Sequence record: ON529858.1
Direction: 5' to 3' (one strand)
Length of the DNA stretch: 64,000 bases
Shown: positions 44,698-50,835 of the stretch, piece after piece
Position numbering within the stretch: the first letter of the stretch is position 1
Layout of the letters: each line of letters opens with the position of its first letter
Translations under genes and position numbers: made by a program
Notes under the pieces: generated by a model
Database searches by the model: none
The model's input: only the letters and a program-made list of their open reading frames with translations
What the model was told of the DNA's origin: nothing

Positions 44698-46386
44698 TTA
44701 GGCGGGGAAGCGCTGGTCGAGACGCCAGCGCCCGTTGCTGATGGTGATCAGCACACGTTGGCCGTTGGGGTATTGGCCGACGTGGGTGTGGGACCAGGAG
44801 GACGGCCCCGAGTTGTATCCGAGGTCCATCAGCGACGTGGTCCCGGAGGCGTAGACGCCGTCCTGGATCGCGCAGGAGTGGACGTGACCCATGGTGACCT
44901 TGGGTCCGATCTTGGTCATGCCGACCACCGAGCCGCGCGCGCCGTTGGGGCCACGGTGACCGTGGTTGGCGTGCTCGACGTTGCCGATGACCAGCGACTC
45001 GTCTTCCTGGAGGAAGCGGACGCCTTCGCACTTCCAGTCGGGGAACTGCTCGGTCAGCGCCCACTCGAACACCGAGAAGTCCTCGCCGCGACGGATGGCG
45101 CGGTAGATGCGCTTCTGGGCCGCCAGGAAGAACTCGGCGTTGACCGGGTCCTCACGGTAGTCGGAGGTCTTCAGCCACTTCAGCAGGGCTTGGTCGTGGT
45201 TCGACTCGACCACCACGACGTTCATGTGCGGGCGCCGGCGGGCGACCTGCGTCAGGAACATCGCCACTTCCTTCAGTTCGTTGAAGACGCTCTCCACGCC
45301 GTTGACGTGGTGGCGGAAGCGGGTGTGCGGGTCCTTGATCTCGTGGTGGTTCCGAGCCCGGAAGTCCGAGACGTCGTGGATGAACAGGTTCTCCGGCGCC
45401 AGGGCCTCGACGATCGAGGTGGTCAGCGCGTGCTCCCACTTCCGCTCGCCGTTCTTGCTCTTGTCCTTGGTCGGCGAGATGCCGAAGGTCATCGCGCAAA
45501 TCTCCGGGTCGACCTGGGCGACGTGGACATCGCCCGGCGTCAGGGCCGTCAGGGCGTGGCCGCGCGTGACCTTGCCGTCCTTGACGTAGGCGTCCAGGTC
45601 GTAGAAGGAGCCGTCGTCGTCATCGCCCAGCAGGTGCCGGGTGAAGAAGGTCCCATCCTCGTCGACCTCGACCAGGACGGCGCCGTAGACGTGGTGGAAC
45701 GCGGCCTTGATGCCGGCCTTCTTGGGGACGTAGTTCGGCTTGGTGACGCAGCCGGTGGTCATGATCTGCTTGGCCGGCGTGTGCTTCATCGTCGGCACGC
45801 TGACCAGTTGGACCTTGGCGTGCGGGAAGACGCCCCAGCGCTGGCGGGTGTAGGTGTGGAAGCCCGACAGCGGGTTCTCGGCCGTCGGCAAGGTGTTCAT
45901 CTCGCCGCAGAAGTCGAGCCTGTCCGCGATCCGGATGCGCTCGTTGGTCAGGTAGGGCACGATGCGGTCGTCGTAGATGATCTTCGACGACGTCTTGGAG
46001 TGCTCTTCGAACAGGCGCTTGGAGTAGGTGAACCCGGCGATCATGATCTCGCACGGGCAGTCCTCGGCCAGATAGTCCCGGTAGGCCTCCAGGTTGGCGA
46101 GGAAGGTATCGTGTATGCGGGACCCGTCCTGGGCCGACGAGAGGATGAAACGGCGCCGGCCCTCACCCTCGACCATCACCTCGCGCGCCTGCGGTGCAGG
46201 GCGATGGGTGAAGGGGTCCTTGCGCATGGCGTAGAGACGGTTCTGAAGCGTCGTGCGCTTCACGCCGTGCTTGCGGCTGAAGGCCCGCTGGCCCCCGGCG
46301 CGCTTGACAAGCCGCAGCAGTTCCTCGGGCTCGACCGCATAGAGGTCGAACGGCTCGGGCGCCGGCTTGGCGGTGGTGTCGGTCAT
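44698..46386 (-). CDS. N-terminal HTH plus calcineurin-like metallophosphoesterase
   Basis: FSRKHGVKRTTLQNRL; PGDVH, HDVSD, ESNHD, HGH, GHVHS. Confidence 0.75.
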   Translation of the reverse strand: MTDTTAKPAPEPFDLYAVEPEELLRLVKRAGGQRAFSRKHGVKRTTLQNRLYAMRKDPFTHRPAPQAREVMVEGEGRRRFILSSAQDGSRIHDTFLANLEAYRDYLAEDCPCEIMIAGFTYSKRLFEEHSKTSSKIIYDDRIVPYLTNERIRIADRLDFCGEMNTLPTAENPLSGFHTYTRQRWGVFPHAKVQLVSVPTMKHTPAKQIMTTGCVTKPNYVPKKAGIKAAFHHVYGAVLVEVDEDGTFFTRHLLGDDDDGSFYDLDAYVKDGKVTRGHALTALTPGDVHVAQVDPEICAMTFGISPTKDKSKNGERKWEHALTTSIVEALAPENLFIHDVSDFRARNHHEIKDPHTRFRHHVNGVESVFNELKEVAMFLTQVARRRPHMNVVVVESNHDQALLKWLKTSDYREDPVNAEFFLAAQKRIYRAIRRGEDFSVFEWALTEQFPDWKCEGVRFLQEDESLVIGNVEHANHGHRGPNGARGSVVGMTKIGPKVTMGHVHSCAIQDGVYASGTTSLMDLGYNSGPSSWSHTHVGQYPNGQRVLITISNGRWRLDQRFPA

Positions 46387-46424
46387 GGGTTAGTCCGGGG
46401 CAGTTGACGGGACGCTGACGGGGA

Positions 46425-47174
46425 TCAGCGGGCGTAGCGAAGTTCGGGCGCGATGACGGAGATGCCGGTAGCCGGATCGACCTTGGCCCAATCCCAGACG
46501 AACCAAGCGTAGGGGAACCGGGGCGAGCCGCTGCTGTCGGCGATCCAGCGCGGGCGATGCCGCAGCGTGATCTTCATGGCGAAGGCCGGGTGGTCGAAGA
46601 GGTCGGACCGGCTCTTGGCGCAGTCCCATTCGTGGCGGCAGAGCACGGCCACGAGACCGGCCTGGGGCTGCATCAGGTGCAGCGCGTGCCGGGTGATCGC
46701 CTCGGCGTCCTTGCCGTAGGGCGGGTTGGTGATGATCGCCGACGGCAGTTCGCCGTTGTTGCCGGGGCGGAGCGCGGCGAACTCGCTCAGGGTGATGGGA
46801 AATGCGCCGGCGGTCTCGACGTCGACGTTGTCGACGGCCCACTGGAGAAAGGCTTCGTCGCAGGCGGCGGTGTCGTCGTCGCGATAGATGCGCAGGAAGT
46901 CGATCAGCTTGTCCGAAACGAACCCATTCTGGGAGACGATGTCCGACGTGTAGACATCGCGCACCAACTCGCGCAGGGGCTCCGACACCGCACCGTCGCC
47001 GACGCAGGGCTCCCAGGCGATGTAGCCGGCGAGGTCGTCGCCGATGATCTGGAACAGACCGTCCAGCGCCGGGCGCGGGGTGGCGTAGAAGTCGTTGGCG
47101 ATGCGCTCGTAACCGGAGGTGCCGAGAGCGGACGGGTCCTTGCGGGGCGCGTCGGAGAGGGGTGCGGGGTTCAT
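46425..47174 (-). CDS. Amino (N6-adenine/N4-cytosine) DNA methyltransferase
   Basis: DFYATP, WEPCVGDG, IITNPPY. Confidence 0.82.
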   Translation of the reverse strand: MNPAPLSDAPRKDPSALGTSGYERIANDFYATPRPALDGLFQIIGDDLAGYIAWEPCVGDGAVSEPLRELVRDVYTSDIVSQNGFVSDKLIDFLRIYRDDDTAACDEAFLQWAVDNVDVETAGAFPITLSEFAALRPGNNGELPSAIITNPPYGKDAEAITRHALHLMQPQAGLVAVLCRHEWDCAKSRSDLFDHPAFAMKITLRHRPRWIADSSGSPRFPYAWFVWDWAKVDPATGISVIAPELRYAR

Positions 47175-47206
47175 GGTTAACGTCTGTCTCACACTCGGAG
47201 AAGGAC

Positions 47207-47222
47207 GTCAAGATTCACGACG
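47207..47222 (-). promoter_or_regulatory. Phage promoter motif copy
   Basis: Minus strand CGTCG-TGAATC-TTGAC. Confidence 0.72.
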
Positions 47223-47243
47223 TTCGAGGTCAAGAATCCTGCA

Positions 47244-47272
47244 TTGACGGCGTGAAACGCCCGATCTATAAG
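47244..47272 (+). promoter_or_regulatory. sigma70 promoter of the + strand RNA
   Basis: TTGACG-N17-TATAAG. Confidence 0.75.
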
Positions 47273-47277
47273 GGTGG

Positions 47278-47755
47278 CTCGAACCAGGGCGGTCCTGCTT
47301 CGCCATCCCCCAGCAGCGCAGCGCCGGGGTGGATCATCCGCCCTGGGGGAGACTGCCGACGGCGTCTAGCAGGACGTTGGGAGCGACAACAGGCTACGTC
47401 CGGAACCCCGCTGCGCCGTTGGGGGTGACCTTCCAAGCCGAAGTAGGAGTGGAGCAAAGCCTGGACCGGCCCTCCACGGTCGTCGCACGGGGCGGGGCCT
47501 ACAGACCGTGATGAGGCGAACGCCGGCCGAGACTAGGCAACCAGGGCGTGACAGCAGGCAGAGACCGCGCTATCCTTCATCGTTCGCAGAACGCTAGGCG
47601 TAGACACCGGACGGTGTCGGTAGCAGATCGGTGGTGGAGACGTCCGCTCCCACCGGCAACCCATCCCGAGGGTGGCAACGAGACGGATGACGCGGCGCCG
47701 GCCGAGAGAAGACGATGGCGATGAGAGCCCTGCTGGCGCGCCGGCAGGGCTTTTT
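47278..47755 (+). ncRNA. Candidate ~480-nt pseudoknotted structured RNA
   Basis: Promoter-to-terminator unit with no codon-biased ORF; several perfect interleaved helices. Confidence 0.7.
47726..47755 (+). terminator. Intrinsic terminator
   Basis: AGCCCTGCTGG-CGCG-CCGGCAGGGCT then TTTT. Confidence 0.8.
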
Positions 47756-47760
47756 CATGG

Positions 47761-47798
47761 AAAAGGCCATTTTCACCGCACAGTGAAAATGGCCTTTT
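47761..47798. terminator. Perfect 16-bp inverted repeat between convergent RNA units
   Basis: AAAAGGCCATTTTCAC-CGCACA-GTGAAAATGGCCTTTT. Confidence 0.7.
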
Positions 47799-47807
47799 GA
47801 GTGAAAC

Positions 47808-47894
47808 TGGAGGAATGTGGCGGAATCGAACCGCCGGGTCTCTCGACCATCACAGATTTGCAGTCTGTGGCCTTACCACTCGGTCCAACATCCC
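47808..47894 (-). tRNA. tRNA with GCA (Cys) anticodon and long variable arm
   Basis: GGGAUGU/ACAUUCC acceptor, ACAGA-CUGCAAA-UCUGU, GGCGG-UUCGAUU-CCGCC, U73, encoded CCA. Confidence 0.88.
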
Positions 47895-47897
47895 GAC

Positions 47898-47931
47898 CAA
47901 AAAGCCCGCTCGGCCGAAGCTGAGCGGGCTG
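47898..47931 (-). terminator. Intrinsic terminator closing the large minus-strand RNA
   Basis: AGCCCGCTCAG-CTTCGG-CCGAGCGGGCT-TTTT. Confidence 0.75.
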
Positions 47932-48096
47932 TTCCGGTAACCAGGGGAGTGCCGTAGCTGTCCCAAGGTGCTGAGCGACTTGTGCGAGGGCGATCCGCCA
48001 ACCTCACCAGACCCCGGCGCCGGGTTCTGGACCTCACGTCGGCCACCTCGAACTCCGAAGAGGGGGAAGCCGATGAGGGCATGTGGGTCCCAGGGT

Positions 48097-48165
48097 CCTC
48101 TCCCGCGCTATCAACCCGGTCGGTTCCCTGGTCAGGCCCTCTCCCGCGCTATGAACCCGGTCGGT
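48097..48165 (-). repeat. Two 28-nt direct repeats (1 mismatch) 13 nt apart inside the large RNA
   Basis: ACCGACCGGGTT(C/G)ATAGCGCGGGAGAGG at 48138-48165 and 48097-48124. Confidence 0.9.
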
Positions 48166-49025
48166 GCCTTCATAAATAGGAAACGCCGCCGAACCCGAGG
48201 GCGCGGCGGCGTGTCTTTCGATGCCCTGAGACGAAGCGGGCTATCCAGAGAGGCTTCCGGGATTATCGTTTCCCCAGGTCGTCCAGAAGGCTTTCACCTC
48301 CCTACCCCTCGAATGACGCTTTGTTTAACCGGGTGTCCCCGGAGGAAGTTGCTGCGCTCCCTGTCGTATTGGACCACTCACCTGCGTCCCCTTCCGAATA
48401 CAGCCGCTAAGCCGCACAAGGAAGTCTGTTCAAGCGGACCGTGCGCCTTGCAGGGCTAACACGGCGACCTTACGTCCGAAGACCAAGGCCAGGAGTCATC
48501 TGTCGTCCAACACCGGCAAGACTTTTGCTTCTTGACAAAAATGCCTGTTTGACACGGGCTACCTACCCGTCGAGGTTTATTCCAAGGACACGCTTACCTG
48601 GAGGTCCATCGGCTTTTGACCGACAAAATGCTCCGCGCCCCAATGTGAACCGAACAGCCCACGGTCTACAGGACGCCGCCGAGTTTGACCCCGACTTAAC
48701 CCTGGAGACTGGACGCCGCACTTAACCCATGTCGTGGGTCTCGCACTAAACGCCCTACGCCTTGGACCTCGATGGTTCTCTCGGAGGATTCCGGCAGCGG
48801 GAGCATCCCTGCTCTCACCTGAACCCATGGTGTTGCCATGAGCCTTGACCGGCCGAGGTAGCCCCTATCCCCCATACGCCTCCATCTCTGGAGCCATCTG
48901 AGGGACACCCTGGTAGGGTGGGTCCCGACGCTTGCTTCGAATGACCGACTTGCGCCGGCGCCGGACTGGAAAGTTCCGACTTCACCACCGGTTGCCCGGC
49001 GGCCTCGCTCCGAAGCGATGAGTGA

Positions 49026-49054
49026 GGTTTAGCGACGTCATTCGTCGCGGTCAA
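49026..49054 (-). promoter_or_regulatory. sigma70 promoter of the large RNA with the operator palindrome in its spacer
   Basis: TTGACC-N17-TAAACC; CGACG-N5-CGTCG at 49033-49047. Confidence 0.7.
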
Positions 49055-49084
49055 CAACATTTTTCGAGGGACCCGCCGCGAAGC

Positions 49085-49093
49085 TGTGGATAA
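49085..49093. promoter_or_regulatory. Perfect DnaA box between divergent RNA promoters
   Basis: TGTGGATAA. Confidence 0.5.
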
Positions 49094-49122
49094 CTTTTCT
49101 TGCTGCCTGGGTGTCAGGATTC

Positions 49123-49151
49123 TTGACACAGGGTGTCAACGAGCATATAGG
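49123..49151 (+). promoter_or_regulatory. sigma70 promoter of the tmRNA-tRNA operon
   Basis: TTGACA-N17-TATAGG. Confidence 0.8.
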
Positions 49152-49156
49152 GGAGA

Positions 49157-49570
49157 GATCGAGCAGATGCCTTCGGGCTGAAAACTGTGACATGAAAGAC
49201 GGGCCGGACTCGGGTGCGATTCCCGACGGCTCCACCAAAAGCGCCCATCCGGCATGTCAGACCTTCGGGTCGGTGTCAGGGGATGAGGCTAGTCCCCGGC
49301 GAAGAGGTGTCGTAGAACGCGCCCTCTACCGAAAGCCAGGGTGGACGCTTTTGTTGGGGCCGACCAGATTCGACGGGCGTTGGTAGTGAAGTGGGTTCGA
49401 TGGGTGGCTCCCCCAGCCAAGCACTGACAAATGTCGCTGCAAATGACAACGCTCCGTTCGCGGTGCGTGAAGCCATCGCCGCCTAATAAGCGGTAGAGGG
49501 GTGTCCGGAGGGGCGCCTGTCACAAAAAGCCACTCGCCTCCGGGCCGGTGGTTCCCTCCACCACCAGTTT
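49157..49570 (+). ncRNA. ssrA: Circularly permuted two-piece tmRNA (3' boundary approximate)
   Basis: Acceptor piece ending CUCGGG-UGCGAUU-CCCGA-CGGCUCC-A-CCA (49237) precedes the coding piece starting GGGGCCG (49356); G3-U70 pair; tag ORF ANDNAPFAVREAIAA* at 49439-49486; inter-piece pairing UGUGACA/UGUCACA. Confidence 0.93.
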
Positions 49571-49663
49571 CCAAAGGTGGGCTGCAACCTCCTACGTCGT
49601 GCTTCTCGGAGGCGACGGGTGGACCGCACCAAGCGCGGTCCTGACAAAGCGCAGCACATTTAT

Positions 49664-49742
49664 CGCGGGATAGAGGAGTCCGGTTGTCCTCGTCTGCCTC
49701 ATAAGCAGAAGATCGGGGGTTCAAATCCCCCTCCCGCATCCA
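49664..49742 (+). tRNA. tRNA-CAU, initiator-like (C1:A72, A11-U24) but lacking the three G-C anticodon-stem pairs
   Basis: CGCGGGA/UCCCGCA, UCUGC-CUCAUAA-GCAGA, GGGGG-UUCAAAU-CCCCC, U73-CCA. Confidence 0.92.
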
Positions 49743-49876
49743 TTCTCCTGACCCTCTCATCCGGTGCAACTCCGGGCGGGCGCAACCCGTGGGGGTATGG
49801 AGTGAAGCCCAGGAGCCGGAGCGATCCGTCCGCTGGGCTGGGCCGGTCCTGCGGGGCCGGCCCCGACTTTCTTAGG

Positions 49877-49961
49877 CGTGCGATGGCCGAGTGGTCTATG
49901 GCGGCGGGCTCATAACTCGCTGGAGCAATCCGCGTTGGTTCGAATCCAACTCGCACGTCCA
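49877..49961 (+). tRNA. tRNA-CAU with class II long variable arm
   Basis: CGUGCGA/UCGCACG, GCGGG-CUCAUAA-CUCGC, V-arm UGGAGCAAUCCGC, GUUGG-UUCGAAU-CCAAC, U73-CCA. Confidence 0.9.
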
Positions 49962-49970
49962 AGCCTTCCG

Positions 49971-50003
49971 AACCCCCGGCGCCGCATAGGCTCCGGGGGT
50001 TTT
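49971..50003 (+). terminator. Intrinsic terminator of the tmRNA-tRNA operon
   Basis: AACCCCCGG...CCGGGGGTTTT. Confidence 0.75.
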
Positions 50004-50008
50004 GCGTA

Positions 50009-50374
50009 TCAGGCTCGGCGGTCCGCCTGGGCGAGCCGGGCTTCAGCGCGCTCGTGCGAGCGTTGCTCGGCGGCGTAGCGGCTCATGTCCTTCAGGTGGG
50101 CGATCGCCACGGAGTCGGGCGCGCCGACGGCCCGGAACGGGACCTTGGGCGCCATCTCGACATAGCGATGCAGGAGAGGTTGGAAGGGGACCTTGTGCTC
50201 GATCGCGACGCGGGCCAGGGCGGCGGCGACGATGGCGACGATGATGGTCTCAGGCGTCCGGGTCGGTTCTATGTTCCACAGACCAGGAACCGACTGTCCT
50301 GGGTGCTGCGTCTGTCTCGATACGTCGTCTGCGGCGTAGCGGAACAGGTTCTCATAGGCAGTGCCCTGTAGCAT
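50009..50374 (-). CDS. Hypothetical protein
   Basis: ~121-aa ORF with GGA RBS. Confidence 0.55.
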   Translation of the reverse strand: MLQGTAYENLFRYAADDVSRQTQHPGQSVPGLWNIEPTRTPETIIVAIVAAALARVAIEHKVPFQPLLHRYVEMAPKVPFRAVGAPDSVAIAHLKDMSRYAAEQRSHERAEARLAQADRRA

Positions 50375-50436
50375 CAGCGGTCCTTGTCGTGTGTGGGTTG
50401 ACAAGGGGTAGCACTGTTTATGCTACGCTTCTAGCC

Positions 50437-50835
50437 CTAAAGTCGACCCGAGTTGTATTCGGCCCAGCGATCCGACCAGTATTCCTCGTAGTCCTCGGCG
50501 CAGTCCGTGCAGAGCCAGACCTTGTTCGGGTCGGGCTCGCCGCTCTTGGGGTCCCAGACGTAGCAGGTCATCGACCCAGGCTGATGCACGCCGTAGAAGG
50601 AGCCGCAGTTCTCGCAGCCGCCGAGCGCGGCGCCCTGCTCGGCGAAGTGACCGTTGATGGCCCAGCGCAGGCGGTTGAAGTTACCCCAGATCAGGTGCTT
50701 GAAGGCGTTCCGCAGGAACCACGTCCTGGTGCCGTATCGCACGGTCCAGCGCATCGGCTCCCAGGTGAAGACCTTGACCTTCTCGATCGTGACCGGGCCG
50801 ATCACGACCTTCTCAGGTGTCCATGATAGCGTCAA
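50437..50835 (-). CDS. Hypothetical Cys-rich (possible Zn-binding) protein; start uncertain
   Basis: CENC...C...CTDC pattern; Trp-rich. Confidence 0.55.
   Translation of the reverse strand: MTLSWTPEKVVIGPVTIEKVKVFTWEPMRWTVRYGTRTWFLRNAFKHLIWGNFNRLRWAINGHFAEQGAALGGCENCGSFYGVHQPGSMTCYVWDPKSGEPDPNKVWLCTDCAEDYEEYWSDRWAEYNSGRL

Larger units (their letters stand above)
47898..49019 (-). ncRNA. Candidate ~1.1-kb large structured RNA (GOLLD/ROOL-like size and tRNA context; family unassigned)
   Basis: Own promoter and terminator; no codon-biased ORF; four C(UUCG)G tetraloop hairpins and GNRA-type loops on this strand. Confidence 0.68.

Noticed and set aside
47278-47755. RNase P RNA
   Set aside because: Lacks the GAGGAAAGUCC and ACAGAA.CCGGCUUA P4 motifs
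48097-48165. Possible CRISPR mini-array
   Set aside because: Only two repeats, 13-nt spacer, no cas operon; kept as an RNA-internal repeat
47898-49019. rRNA fragment or group I/II intron
   Set aside because: No universal 16S/23S motifs, no group II domain V and no interrupted host gene recognised by eye; covariance search still advisable
49270-49340. Hammerhead-like GAUGAG...GAAA in the tmRNA intervening segment
   Set aside because: Core reads GGAUGAG rather than CUGAUGA and the required stems cannot be built
49750-49870. tRNA-like or Y-RNA-like element between the two CAU tRNAs (CCGGUGCAACUCCGG)
   Set aside because: Only a T-arm-like hairpin and two GC stems; no cloverleaf or CCA
47266-49962. 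Short track ORFs across the RNA island (e.g. 47968..48459, 48815..49129, 49326..49769)
   Set aside because: No phage codon bias or RBS; they overlap tRNA/tmRNA or promoter elements
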